A stretch of DNA of 64,000 nucleotides, from the NCBI GenBank assembly GCA_951406725.2, contig OX597821.1, positions 13,640,001-13,704,000 on the forward strand, written 5' to 3'. Positions 14,602 through 29,309 of the stretch are shown here, one piece after another. The notes beneath the pieces are model-generated. The model ran no database searches, had not been told where the DNA came from, and saw nothing but the letters and a program-made list of their open reading frames with translations. The first letter of the stretch is position 1, and each line of letters begins with the position of its first letter. A program made the position numbers and the translations under genes. Origin of the DNA: Octopus vulgaris (lineage: Eukaryota).

Positions 14602-15932
14602 ATTTTTGTTTATGTGTACGAGCCTCTTCGTGTGCTTACATATATGTTTGTGTGTAAACGCCGATTTGTAAGGTGTTTGCATGTGTACACGAATGGGCAT
14701 GTTTGAGTTTGTGTGTGACTGTACCTGTTTTTTTAGTATGTGTATGTGGGTGTACGTATGCGTATGTGAGTGTGTGTGTGTGTGGGGGGGTAAATGTGTA
14801 CATAAGGAGAGGAGTTTTTATGCCTGTTATGTTGTGTCTCGGTACATCGTGTGTGAGCGTGGGCGGGGATGCGTGATTAAGGGTGGTGTGCGTGTCTGTG
14901 TGAATGAGTGCGTAATTGAAAGGGTGGGCAATGGAAAAACGGAACGAAAGAGCAGGCGGCGGCGGCAGCGGTGGTGCTGGTGCTGGTGGGGGGGTGCTGG
15001 TGGGGGTTAGGTGGCGGTGGGGGAGGTGGCGGTGGTGGCGGTGGCGGACATTGTTGACAATTGCACATCGAATGTTATCAGGAACTATAGAAGACGGTGG
15101 GAGAAAGAGATGCGGGTCGTAGGGAGGAGGCTCGCTTGACAACACACTCCGAAAGGTCGGAAAAAGTTTCCATAAAACCCCCGAATGATTTCTGTAAGGT
15201 GGATATCAACGATTGACAAGATGGTGAAGGGAGATTATAGTTCTTCGATCCCTTCCCCACCCCCACCCCTTTTTTTTTCAGTTTTTCGAACTGACCGCAA
15301 ACCTTCGCACAACGAGTAGGAAGTTGTTCATTATCTGTGTACAGACTTGTGGTGGTGTTTTCACAAACAATCCATAATTTTTTTCGTTTAATATACTCTC
15401 CTTAATCTTTACACATTAATCCTCTCGCACTTCTTCAGCCCATTCTGTATATATCCATTGAGTTTTGGTTATAGTTTCAGACAGGAGTGAAAGCCAAATA
15501 TTCCTCGGATAGAAAGTACTATTCGCCCATTCCTTTATTTTTTTTATTTTTTATTGTACCCGACATTTTCTTGCTTTTTTCTATCCTTCGGTTTCTTTCT
15601 TTTTGCACGCCCGTCGCTAAGTGGGAGCACTGGACGGCACTGCTTCCTCACTATTCAATGATGCACCCTCAGATGTAGAGAATACAGTGTACAGAAATCT
15701 TCCCACAATACATACTATTGCCCACTCAGAATATTCTGAAGCAGCCCCGGGCACCAAAGTCTGGCGATGGGCCTGTCTTATTGACTCAAGGCTATGTGAT
15801 AGGACTGCTACTCGAAGCCTGCAAGAAGAGATTTTTCGGTTTCAGGGATTGTCATTGAAATTAAAGCGATTTCCAATACACCTACTTTAATTTGTGATCG
15901 GAGACACTCAGAAAACACTAACAGCATCGACC

Positions 15933-16493
15933 GTAATTACTATACATACTCATCCATATAATTTACCTCAGCCGAGAGTAGGCATCCTGCCCTTGAGAAA
16001 TAGAAATAGGTAACCCTATCACTTGGACCATCTGTTAACATGTCGCTGCTAATGTCTTGTCCGTTGCTAACTTCCTTCTGTTTCCGACATTCCAGTTCTA
16101 GACAGGCTTTCAGGTGATTAGCAACACAGCTTCATCCATGATTCACTACTCTAATTAACCATTTCTTGTTCTTTCAATGGAAAATGCATCCAGGATGGTT
16201 TCATGGACTTCGATTGACATTAGCACGCGAACGTGTATAGTCACGTGCCCACTTGCTGTTATGACCCTGTCGCTCATACTTGGGCCAACGGCTCAGGTTT
16301 CTAGCTATATGTCTGGTCACGATTTTTGTATTTCCCTTCCACCTGTACTGTAAACTCCTTATCTATACACAGGTATGCGGCGCCCCAACCCTGCCTAGTT
16401 TCATCTTCAGTCTTAATTACTAAACACACTCATCCATATAATTTTCCTCTGCCGAGAGTTGGCATCCTGCCCTTGAGAAATAGAAATAAGTAA
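15933..16493. repeat. ~80-bp direct repeats (15933-16013, 16414-16493) flanking ~400 bp of unique sequence
   Basis: actcatccatataattt.cctc.gccgagagt.ggcatcctgcccttgagaaatagaaata.gtaac occurs twice. Confidence 0.85.
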
Positions 16494-16622
16494 CATTACC
16501 TTTCATTTTTTTTTCTTGGATAAAGACACTATTATAACATATCTCTTCCACGCTTGTTCCTTTCCTCTAGCAATTCTGCCCATTCACCACCTTAATAATA
16601 ATAATTATCATCATCATCATCA

Positions 16623-16683
<61 letters not shown>

Positions 16684-16769
16684 CATCATCATTCATCATT
16701 ATAATTGTCGGAGCCCTGGGAAAAGTGAGCAAAAATGATAATAATAATAATTATTATTATTATCATTAT

Positions 16770-16963
16770 CCTTTCTACTATAGGCACAAAGACTGAAATT
16801 TTGGGGTAAGGGGATAGTCGATTACATCAACCCCAGTGAGTAAATGGTACTTATTTCATCGACCTCGAAAGGAGGAAAGGCGAAGTCGACCTCAGCAGAA
16901 TTTGAACTCAGAACGTAAGGACACACGGCCTGGCGTGCTAACGATTCTTCCAGCTAGCCGCCT
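16770..16963 (-). mobile_element. SINE family A
   Basis: Reverse complement of family A head and core. Confidence 0.8.
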
Positions 16964-17257
16964 TAATAATAATAACAAGAAGAAGAAGAAGAAGAAAAAG
17001 AAGAAGAAGAAGAAGAAGAAGAAGAAGAAGAAAAAGAAGAAGAAGAAGAAGAAGAAGAAGAAGAAGAAGAAGAAGAACAAGAACAAGAACAACAACAACA
17101 ACAGCAATTTCTTTTATTAGTCATTGGAGCATTGATGAGAGAAATATCACAAGGCCAGTCAACAATTTGTGTGGGATTTTGCATAAAAGACGAGGAGAAA
17201 GAAATGGGGTGACGGTGAAATGCGATAAAGACATACATAGTATACGACGTATGTGAT

Positions 17258-17788
17258 AAAATTAGTGATGCAGTCCACCTGATACAAGAGAAAGACCAAC
17301 TTGAGCCGATCAAGGAATCCCACAGATCCAGGGTTACTCTAATCGCCAAAGGCATGAGATCTCGCCCAAATGCTGATCTTCAGTCTTCATCATCATCATC
17401 ATTGTTCGACCGTGGTCGAGACAAGGGAATTTACCATGCTACGCCAGACTTCACGGTCCATCATGGCATTGCGGAGGTCCTGTTGCTGGATGCCTGTATC
17501 CCTGGAGATTACATCAGGGTAGGAGAGTGTGCGCCCTCTGGCATTGCGAGTAGATGGCTTCCAGAGGAGGAGAGTAGAAATTACCTCTTTTTCAGCTCTA
17601 CAACAATGTCCAGCAAACTGGACTCTCCTACCTTTCACAAGAGATGACAATCTTCAGAAAATGAGTGATGCAGCCACCTGATACAGGGGAAACTCCAACT
17701 AGTGCCAGTCGACGAACCCCACAGATCCAGGTTTACCCTGATCGCCAAAAGCATGAGACCTCGCCCAAATGTTGATTTCCAATCTTCA
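17258..17788. repeat. Two ~130-bp tandem units (17258-17389, 17657-17788) split by a LINE insertion
   Basis: agtgatgcag.ccacctgataca...cccacagatccagg.ttac...gcatgaga.ctcgcccaaatg.tgat...tcttca in both. Confidence 0.85.
17390..17650 (-). mobile_element. 5'-truncated RTE LINE 3' end with (TGA)n tail
   Basis: ORF ...RRVQFAGHCCRAEKEVISTLLLWKP...RGRTLSYPDVI...AMMDREVWRSMV; flanked by tcttca on both sides (TSD). Confidence 0.88.
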
Positions 17789-18135
17789 GGGGCTTGCTTA
17801 TAGTAGCACCTTTCACTTTAACCATTTTTGCCACATTCAGCCATGTTTTCACAAATTCGCTGGGAAGTAGCACTTCCCTTTCCGCCCTTATTTTCCTCTG
17901 CAAGTGGAACTTTAAAAAAAGTCGTTAAGGGCTTGACCGACATGGAAGGTGTTTTCAGCTTCGTCCACCACACAACCTCTTCACAATAGCCACTGGAAAA
18001 AATGAACACTTTCTGTTCTGAAATGTTCGAGGGTGCTGGGTCGATCCTCACGATGGATTCGGCTGATATTCGGATTCTCCCATACGCTATTAGTTGTTCG
18101 AAATAACTCCACAAATCAGAAATACTAGGACAATA

Positions 18136-18167
<32 letters not shown>

Positions 18168-18522
18168 GATAATGATAATGATGATAATGATAATGATGAT
18201 AATGATGATAAGGATGATAATGATAATGATAATAATGATGATGATGATGACGACGACGACGACGACGACGATGATGATGATGATGATGATGATGATGACG
18301 ACGACGACGACGACACTGATAATGACGACGACGACGATAATGGTGATAATAATCTGTTTTATATTAGCCACACGGGCGCGAATTATTAGACATTAAAATA
18401 GGAGTGAGGCAGAAGGTTAATACGGAGCAAAACAAAAAAAAAAAAACGACAAAAAAGGCAAATATATATAAATGAGCAGATAATGGCTTCTTTATTCAAT
18501 TACATTATTTATAATTTTGCTT

Positions 18523-18558
<36 letters not shown>

Positions 18559-18559
18559 C

Positions 18560-18858
18560 TTTATTGCCTTTGCACAGCTTCTAACGCTGGAGATGTACTG
18601 CGGTGTCAGCTGTTCACTATCAATGAACTAAGATAACACCTCTTATTTTTCAAGCATCTTCTGGAGTATTCGACCGGTTCCAAATAGTGCTGTTTTCTGC
18701 AAATGCTCCACCCTTATTGCAGCCCCTATTTGTTCCACGTACTTCTCGAGATTTTTGTTCACTGTTCCCAGGGCTCCGACAATTATTGATACTGCTGCTA
18801 CCTTTTTCATCGACCACATCTGCTTAACCTCCCAAGCTAACCTGTCATATCTCTCGAC
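18560..18858 (-). mobile_element. R4/Dong-like non-LTR element 3' end (REL endonuclease C-terminus) in (TAA)n
   Basis: VERYDRLAWEVKQMWSMKKVAAVSIIVGALGTV...EHLQKTALFGTGRILQKMLEK*; a 34-bp piece recurs at 16703-16736. Confidence 0.85.
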
Positions 18859-18898
18859 AATTGTTGTTGTTGTTATTATTATTATTATTATTATTATT

Positions 18899-19308
18899 CA
18901 GTAGTCTTATTTTTATCACGTGCTTTCACTGCACTACCGAGTGCAGCTCTGTGTGCCTTGGGTATGTGATGTGCTTTGTTATGATGCTCTTATTTTCACT
19001 GTATTGAAAGTGTTTTACGTTGGATGTATGCGGTGTATAATAAGTGCTATTTTCTGTATGCTATATATACTTGTAAGTCCTGATGTTTTTGTTATGTATG
19101 TATCTGAGTGCTTTTTTTGTTGTTGTTGTTGTTTTTCATCATACCTAATGCGCCTACTATGATAGGAATTGTTTCTGCTTTTAGGCCCCACATTCGAGTT
19201 ACCTCTATTTCCAGGTCTTTGTATTTTGAAACTTTCTCCGTTTCTTTTAGAGAAGCATTATAATTATTTTAGAGAAGCAAGTCACTCGCTATGCAAGTAC
19301 ATCTCCAG
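18899..19308 (-). mobile_element. Second R4/Dong-like family 3' end in (TAA)n
   Basis: KETEKVSKYKDLEIEVTRMWGLKAETIPIIVGALGMMK...IQKIAL. Confidence 0.85.
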
Positions 19309-19309
19309 A

Positions 19310-19665
<356 letters not shown>

Positions 19666-20282
19666 TACTGTTGTTGTTGTTGTTGTCATTATTGAAGAAG
19701 ATTTTGTAGGTCAAGGTTAACGGAAATAACGGAACAACATTAAAATATGTTGATATAGTAGTGATGGAGGAAAAAGGATGAAGCAAGAGAAGAAAGAGAT
19801 GATTAAAGGGAGGGAGGGAAGGAGAGAACTAAAAAACCTTCCAGCCACCCTATTCCCTACCTTCAACTCACACACACGCACACGCGTACACACACATACA
19901 CACACCCTTTCTAATGAATTTCGAGTTCACGTGGAGCTAGCGTCCGTGACTCGTTTCATATCTCTATTCAGATCTTCCCTAATGATCGTAACTCCCGCGC
20001 CATTTTTTTCCAGGCTTGCTATCTTTTGTTATTCTTGTTGTTTGTTAACCCTTTAATTTATTTATGTATTTATGTATTTATGTATTTATCTATTTATTTA
20101 TTTATTTATTTATTTGCCTTATTTACTAATGTGTTTATTAAATTTTTCTTGTTAGCGTTGCAGTTTCATTTGATATTTTTCTTTGTTGTTGTTGCTTCAA
20201 ACAACCGTCATTACTATTACCGCAATAGTATTTGAGTTCTGATGTATTGTTCGTTCGTGGTGGTGGTGGGTAGTAGTAGTAA

Positions 20283-20343
<61 letters not shown>

Positions 20344-20615
20344 TAAATGTGGTGTTGTGCAAAGGTTGTCATGGTAACGTTTCATTGCTTCCAGTGTAGT
20401 ATGATAAGCATGTCTAGTTGGCATATACATACATATATACATATATACATACATACATGCATACATACATGCATACATACATACGTACGTACATACACAA
20501 GCATATATATACATATTTAACAAATATATATATGATTGATATATGATACATATTATACACATGTATATATATATACAAATACATATGCATATATACATAC
20601 ATATATATATATGTG

Positions 20616-20665
<50 letters not shown>

Positions 20666-21212
20666 CATGCATACATGTATGTACACACATACACATACAC
20701 ACAGACGAATACATATATGCACTTATGTATAAATCTACATGCTTGTATGTGTGTCTGTGTATTTAAACATATAAACATATTTTCTAGCACATTTTCAAAA
20801 AAAGTACATTGGCAAACGAAACGAAAATAAAGAATTATGTAAAGAATGGCTTTACTGACAAATACAAGATGTAGTTCTATAGAATTTTATGGCCATAAAA
20901 GACTAGGAAATATGTTGTTTTTTCAGAATGGGGGATGGGTGTCTTCTATATACAATTATACAATTACAGATGCGGGTAAGCTTTAATATCTGTTTATTTT
21001 TCATTTATTTATATCCTATCTTTGAATTTTTTTTGTTTTGTTTTTTTAATATTTTGATCAGAATTTGGGGACATTTAATATAATAATTGTATTAATTATT
21101 TCATATTGTTCAAAAGCTTTTCCTTTTTTAGGTAGATAATGCTTTCGTTTTATATATACATATCTATAGCAATCTTAAGCTGAGATACATTAAAACCTTA
21201 TTGTCCTTAAAG

Positions 21213-21245
<33 letters not shown>

Positions 21246-21315
21246 GCGCGCGCACACACACATATAAACACACACACATACATACACACATGGAAGTAAT
21301 AAGGTATATAAACAC

Positions 21316-21475
21316 AGTATTTACATGGGGCAGAAAATACAGATTAGAAAATAATGATAATATATATATATAATGAATAAACATTATGTAATGTCAATGT
21401 TTTTTCCTTTTAAATATATATATATATATATATATATCATTTATTTTATAATCTGTATTTTGTGTTCCATGTATA
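21316..21475. repeat. Inverted repeat with ~45-bp arms and a TA-rich centre
   Basis: tacatggggcagaaaatacagattagaaaataatgata versus tatcatttattttataatctgtattttgtgttccatgta. Confidence 0.7.
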
Positions 21476-21677
21476 TATTTCAATCCTAACTGCTTTTATC
21501 TATATTACTAGCTCTCTGGCTGGTCGATGTGGACTGCTCTAATAGCCATAACCGCGCTGTGGGTACGATCCTGGATTAAGAAGTTGGAATTTAGCACATT
21601 TATTTGTGCATTACTCCGTTATGTATACTGAGCCCCATTTCCTCTCAATCACTAACTCTTCCCCACTCTCTTTCTCA

Positions 21678-21753
<76 letters not shown>

Positions 21754-21759
21754 CCACTC

Positions 21760-21965
21760 AGTTATTCTTCAGCTTTTCTTGGACTGTGTTTTCTCTTCTC
21801 TCTGGACTTTTCCCTCTTTCCTCTTTCTGACGAAGTGCTATGATCGAAACGTCACATTCCCTCTTGTTTTTCCATCTTAAACTTTCTCTGAGCGTTGATC
21901 TATTAAATTCACCGTGTACATCCTCTTGACTTTTATTGTTTTACCAGTTTTTATTTTTGATTTGT
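21760..21965 (+). mobile_element. Diverged pLTR-like repeat with hammerhead relic (21822-21856)
   Basis: CTGACGA agtgctatgatc GAAA cg TC; canonical core, degraded helices I and II. Confidence 0.5.
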
Positions 21966-21975
21966 TTGTATCTCT

Positions 21976-22011
<36 letters not shown>

Positions 22012-22243
22012 TATTTTCAGTCATTTGACTGCGCCATACTGGAGCACCGCTTTATATATATTCTTTGTAAGCCCAGTACTTATTCTATCGGTCTCTTTTG
22101 CCGAACCGCTAAGTGACGGGGACGTAAACACACCAGCATCGGTTATCAAGCAATGCTAGGGGGACAAACACAGACACACAAACATTAACACTTGCCCAAG
22201 GTGCCATGCAGTGGGACTGAACCCGGAACCATGTGGTTGGTTA

Positions 22244-22245
<2 letters not shown>
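22012..22245 (-). mobile_element. SINE family B, internally deleted
   Basis: Family B tail and head segments present. Confidence 0.8.
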
Positions 22246-22285
<40 letters not shown>

Positions 22286-22330
22286 TTAGAGAGAGGGGAG
22301 TTATATAGATAGAAAAATTGATTGATAGAC

Positions 22331-22388
<58 letters not shown>

Positions 22389-23067
22389 TGTGTGTGTGAA
22401 ACTTGTTAGCACGCCGGACAAAATGCTTAGCAGCATGCTTTCGACTTTACATTCTGAATTCAAACGAGGTCTATTTTATCGACACTAGTAATTCATTTTT
22501 ACATAAACCAACTCCAACACCAAGAAGACAAGCATCGATGATGAAGAAGAGACAATTACCACTCCCAATCCCCCAACAACACACACACTACACATCACAA
22601 CAGGAGCTAAAAGAAAAATATAAAAAAAAAAAACAAACAAACAAGTAAATGCAACCAAAGCAGGGAGATATGTAACCCCCTGAAAGCCCCTTACACAACC
22701 AAACCAGCACCAACACCACAAAAACACAACAATGCTATCAGCGATAGACACAAAAAACACAAAACTAATGGACTACATCACAGCCCACACAAACATTTGG
22801 GAAGATGATTTCAAAACTAGCAATCATCAATGCACTACACTACCGAAACACATCAAAATACTACACATCACACAAACACAGCACCACACACTCAAAGTCC
22901 TCTTTCCAAATTTGGTTGGGGGCTTCCAAAAATACTCATCCGAGAAACTTTATAAAAACCTCCTCCAAGACACTTCAAAGGACGAGGAAGCTAAAACTTT
23001 CGAAACGAATAAGTAACTCTCTGTCCCTTTCGTTTTGTGTTTTTAAAGCACACATCTCAATAGGATC

Positions 23068-23878
23068 ATGGTCAAGATTGGTTGTGTGAATGTGCGTGGC
23101 TTGGGGTCCCTTTGGAGACAAGGGTACCTCCTAAATGACATCAAGTCACACGATTTGGGAATCATAGCTATAAGTGAGACCATCCAAATGCACCAACATG
23201 GAGCAACCGCATTGGGTCGTCGAGATCGTATCTAGATAGGATACTGTGTAGGACAGTAGATAGGTTTAGTTTAGGATGTCCATAATTCCATACAGTTAGC
23301 TACACGGATCACACATTCGTGATGTGTACGCTAGAATTAGATAAGGCACATAGGCAGAGTCCTGGTTACTGGAAACTAAACGCGTCTTTCTCGTCCATAC
23401 AGGTTTTCAGAGACCGAATCAACAGGTTAGTAAAGAGGGCTTTGACGGGAGCCATCGTATACAACAAATGGTGGTTCGCCCTCAAGAGAGCAGTAAAAGC
23501 GGAATCAGAGTAGAGGGTGAGTTAGCTAAGAAGTTAGAAGAGGCAATAAGAAGCAGCATCGCATCCGACGTTATGGCAGCGAGATTGGCCCTCGACCAAC
23601 TCATCAAGGGTGTGCTGTCAGGGCTAGGATGCGTGCTCTTAGGATGGAAGGTGTTGGAGCTCGGGGGTACCGGGTGGCGGAGGCGCTGCAAGGCAACAAA
23701 GCCACCATTCGGTTTCTGGTAGACGAACAAGGGCGCGAATTGCTCGAACCCAGCATGATGTGCGAGGCATTTCAGCAGCATTTTGGCCGACTGTACGAGA
23801 CGAGAGGCAAGCGTGAACGCAAGGTCGACTTCAATGACTACATGCACATCCTGCCACGATTCTCGGCAAAAGAGGGGC
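23068..23878 (+). mobile_element. Tx1/L1-clade LINE ORF2 fragment (APE endonuclease and linker), degenerate
   Basis: MVKIGCVNVRGL...IIAISET; TWSN...SYLDRILCR...YTDH...PGYWKLNASF; the CA-rich region 22485-23060 may be an ORF1 relic. Confidence 0.88.
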
Positions 23879-24085
23879 AAATAAATGTGTTAACATGTGA
23901 CATTATTGACCGAGGTTACCGTGGTCTTTTCCGTGGGCTTTTCTTTCCACTGATAAACCATATTTGTTTCTCCCTTTACACTTTACATCACGACGTTTCT
24001 GTGATACACGATCCCTATTGATCGTTTTTTATTATTCGTATTTTCTATTTTTTTCCTTCCTTTTTACGATCGAAAACCTACCCCA

Positions 24086-24128
24086 TGTATTTGAAAAATC
24101 CACCAGAATGGACGAAAGCGCTAATATA
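24086..24128 (+). ncRNA. Degenerate minimal hammerhead in pLTR-like fragment
   Basis: gtat TTGAAAA a-tcca-ccagaa-tgga-c GAAA gcgc TA atat; palindromic helix III AGCGCT; core has two substitutions; ~100 bp upstream of (TA)n. Confidence 0.5.
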
Positions 24129-24223
24129 TGATATATAAGTTATATGATTTATAAAAACATGTAATATACAAATAAATATCTGTAAATATAAAAACCATCC
24201 GAATTTCTGAGTACCTCATTTCT

Positions 24224-24259
<36 letters not shown>

Positions 24260-24495
24260 CTGCACACACACATATATATATATATATACATATGTGTATA
24301 CGTATATATATACATATATACACATATACATATATATGCATGCATATATATACACACATGCACACGCACATACATATACACACACATATATATATGCATA
24401 TAAATATAATAATGCTACATATGTGTTAAACATATGAAGATGTATAATAACTATTGACTTATAAGTAACTGTCAATATTTATATTAAAGTGTGCG

Positions 24496-24570
<75 letters not shown>

Positions 24571-25110
24571 GTGTATGATTGTGTGCCCCATGTGTCTGTG
24601 CGTGTGTATGTGTATGTATATGTATGCATGCATGCATGTGTATTCATATACAGATATACAGAAATATATATATATTTATAGAGAGAGAGAGAGAGAGAGA
24701 GGGAGGAGAGAGAGAGAGAGGGGAGAGAGAGACATATACATATACATATATATATATATACATATATGTATACATATACATTATACATACATGCATACCT
24801 ACATACTTACAAACATACATGCAAGCATACATACACACATACACACATGCATACATATAAACATTCATACATACAAACATGTTTGTGAACAGTAATGAAG
24901 TAATGACTTGTGAGCATTTATTATATAGAGATACATAATAAATATTGACTGATAAGTAATTTCACCATTTATGATATTACACATATAAATAGAGAGAGAA
25001 CGTGAGAGAGAGAGAGAGAGAGAGGGAAGTGCAAAGAGTTGTTAGATAGATACATACCTTAAAGCAAACATGCATATATATATATATATATATTTATATG
25101 CATATATATT

Positions 25111-25141
<31 letters not shown>

Positions 25142-25164
25142 TTATATATATTTATATGTATTTA

Positions 25165-25229
<65 letters not shown>

Positions 25230-25624
25230 TTTGCTGGAGAGAGATAAGTGGGTCATATCGGAAAGTTATGTATATCACGTGACTATTCCCGACTTGATTA
25301 ATGAATCACGTTCACGTGAGAAAGAATAAAGATGTCACTTATTTCACAAAACACATTTGCTTTCCATTTAACTGATTACATTTTTTTTCTCTTTTGCCTC
25401 CATCTGTTTATACACATGTTAATATTTGCACACACACACACACACACACACTAGCGTGCGCGCACATGCACACACACTCATACCATACGGATATGCGTAC
25501 GTACGTACGTACCTACATACATGCATATACACGTATTTACGCACGTGCTACAGCGAAGAATACGCAAATGCATGCATTGATTCATATCTATATATATAAA
25601 TATATATATATATATACAAACATG

Positions 25625-25691
<67 letters not shown>

Positions 25692-25818
25692 ATATATGTA
25701 TGTATACGTATACATATATACATATATATATGTATATATACATATATGCATACATAAACACACCAGCGTACATATCCATATATACATATACATATGGATG
25801 TGTATAAGAAATGTGTTT

Positions 25819-25856
<38 letters not shown>

Positions 25857-26264
25857 GGAACTTATTTCTTTTGAAACGTGTCTCATTGAAGACGTTTCTT
25901 CAATTTCTCTCATTTATATTTAAACATTTTCAAGTAGTCTTGATGATTTTATTGTTTTCTCTGTTTTCTCAGTCTTCAATGAATGAAGTGTCTATAATGG
26001 CGTCCAGTTGCTACGATTGTTTCGACGTATATGGTGCAATGGACATTATGCTATAACTCTTATACTCATCCTCAACCGATTTAAATTCGATAAACTTTTT
26101 ACTCGTGGTCATTTTCATTGTCTATCTTAGGTATGCTTCACTGTGTGATGAATTTTAGCCTTTATTGTATTTTATTAGTAATTCAACTTGTAACATTTCG
26201 GAATTTCAAACCGAATAGTAGCGTCATTAACTATACTTTTATATTTTATCATTTGCTTGTTTCT

Positions 26265-26496
26265 TATTTCTTTATTGCCCACAAGGGGCTAAACATAGAG
26301 GGGACAAACAAGGACAGACAAAGGGAATAAATCAATTACAACGACACCAGTGCGTAACTGGTACTTAATTTATCGACCCTGAAAGGATGAAAGGCAAAGT
26401 CAACCTCGGCGGAATTTGAACTCAGAACGTAGCGGCAGCCGAAATACGGCTACGCATTTCGCCCGGCGTGCTAACGTTTCTGCCAGCTCGCTGCCT
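26265..26496 (-). mobile_element. SINE family A, full length
   Basis: Head through tail intact. Confidence 0.9.
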
Positions 26497-26529
26497 TATA
26501 AAGATAGATAGATATAGATATACATATAC

Positions 26530-26650
<121 letters not shown>

Positions 26651-26758
26651 CATATATATATACACATATATATACATATATATATATGTGTATATATATA
26701 TGTATATATATATATATACATATATATGCATATATTTATACATATATATATATATAGA

Positions 26759-26792
<34 letters not shown>

Positions 26793-27489
26793 AACATATA
26801 TATATACACACACATATACATACATACATACATACATACATACATACATACATACATACATACGACGACGAGATCCATATAATTTCCGTCGGCCAAATTC
26901 GCTCAGAAATGGTGGGCCCGAGGATATGATTAGACGACACTTATGCAATGTATCAGGTATTGGGACTTGATCCGAAAGCATGTAGTTATGAAGCAAGCCT
27001 CTTAACGATACAGCATATCCATGATATTTTGTTTCGTGCTCTGTATTATAATATGCTTATAAAACCAGAAAAATGTTAGTCGATAATGCTATCATCTTAC
27101 ATAAAATTTCACACAAAGCGACAATTACATGAGGATTAACTACAGAAGCATTATTAGTAGCAAGATATGAACCAAAAGTTAACAGATAAATGCTACAAAT
27201 GTCAAACATTCTATAAGAGTAAGAAGAAGATAATCATTAAGGAATTTAAAATCTAATGGCGAAATTTTATCAGTTACCTACTTTATTCCCACTATGTCTT
27301 GCTGCCTATTACAAAATTCCTTTACAATGCATTCCTATAATGAGGATCCTCGGGTGATGAGACTGAAGGTGTTTTGAAGCATTAATGAAATTAAGAATTA
27401 TATTGTTCCAAGCTAACAAACGAATTATAAATGGCTAATAAAAACATGGAACCTTTAATAAAAGTATATATATATATATATATATATAC

Positions 27490-27652
27490 ATTCTTTATTT
27501 TCTGTCCTTGTTTCTTTCTGTGCTCCTTTCTGTGGAAGAGCGTAGGCTCGAAACGTTAAAGACTTTTTTCACTTCCCGAGCGTTATACTAATACATCTGT
27601 TTGTTGTCTACACCACCTGTCTTCGTCTTTTGTTTTTTTGTGTGAATTCTCC

Positions 27653-27655
<3 letters not shown>
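27490..27655 (+). mobile_element. pLTR-like repeat with variant hammerhead (27526-27561)
   Basis: cttt CTGTGGA a gagc-gtag-gctc GAAA cgt TA aag. Confidence 0.6.
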
Positions 27656-27695
<40 letters not shown>

Positions 27696-28189
27696 TGTCT
27701 GTATGTATGTACGTGTTTGTGTGTTTGTGTATGTGTGTGTGTGTTTGTGTGCATGTGTGTGTGCATGTATGCAAATATATTTGGGCTCTGGATCTGTATA
27801 CTTCTACTTCACTTGCCTGTGTATATACCTGTAAGTGTGTACATCTATGTCAATGAAATTGAAATGACTCTTTTTCAGTTACACTTATTTATATTTAATG
27901 GTAGTGCTGTAGCATGGGCACAGCTTTGGGTTAGAACTATTAAAAATATAAAAGGGATATAGTATGTGTGTATGCGTGTGTACGATGGCATTAGTGCAAG
28001 CGTTTTTAATACCTACAATTATATACATGTATACAGGTATGTGATTACTGATATTGGTTATATATAATTAGTCATAAGGCTGGATAGTCATATAGATAAA
28101 TAGACAGACAGATACATACATACACACATACATGCATACATACATAGACAGACAGATAGACAGACAGATAGACAGACAGACAGGCAAAC

Positions 28190-28304
<115 letters not shown>

Positions 28305-28963
28305 AAGAATGACTGGAAGTGAAAATGAGCAAATGTATGTGGAAGTATAGACAGACAAGCAAAGTTTATAATTTCGAAAGGGTGCAATTATAGGCTTTAC
28401 TTGAAGAAATGATTGCTCAGGGAGAGGAGATCAGAGAGAGGGGTGAGGGGGAAGAGAAACAGAGTGAGTGAGAAAGAAGGTGGGACAGAGAAACGGAGAA
28501 AGGGAGAGACCTTTGCTCGAACTAGGAATATTCGTTGAAACTTATATGAAAACTTACGCTGTCTTCGGTTAAAGCTGTGTACTTTCGTAGGAAAAGGAAG
28601 TAAAAGATGGCGAAATGGATAAAAGAATTGACGTGAAAATGAAGGAAAGAATGAATTAAAATGTCTGTTTATTACTGAAAAAAAGTATTGGTTAACAGGC
28701 GGCAAACAATATTGAGTAATAACAAAGAATATATAAGCAAAATATTATTGCAAAAACGTATGGGTAGAGGAAGATGAAGGCGAGAAAGAAGCATGGAATA
28801 CGCGGAGAGGAGAGGTTGTTGAAACTTTGAGAGGTCACATATGCACTAATGCACAATCTGCACACACACACATACGTATGTGTGTCTGTACGTATGCATG
28901 CATGTATGTATATATATATATGTATAGATATATATATATGTGTGTGTGATTGTGTATAGAAGA

Positions 28964-29309
28964 ATATATTAATAAAAGGAATTCCAACCTTGTCTGATTT
29001 TCACGTTTTATTTACAATCTTATAATGATATAATATAAGATAATATAATATAATAAAATAAAATAAAATATTAGAATGTTAAATGTTCATTCTGATTGAA
29101 CTAGTACTTTCATGCATTAAATTCTGCAATCTTCAGGTTCATGTAGTAGTGGTGACAGTCATGCTTCACAATCTTTGGCTGTTCAATCAGAATGAACATT
29201 TAACATTCTACTATTTTATTTTATTCTATTATAATATATTATCTTATAATATATCATTATAAGATAGTAAATAAAACGTGAAAATCAGACAAGGTTGGAA
29301 TTCCTTTTA

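Noticed and set aside
17870-17965. Twister-like gtcggtcaagccc motif on the minus strand
   Set aside because: L4 is too short, and UAA, GAG and pseudoknot elements could not be assigned
20926-20974. Possible 49-nt exon (ttttcag...gtaagc)
   Set aside because: No homology or neighbouring exons; could arise by chance
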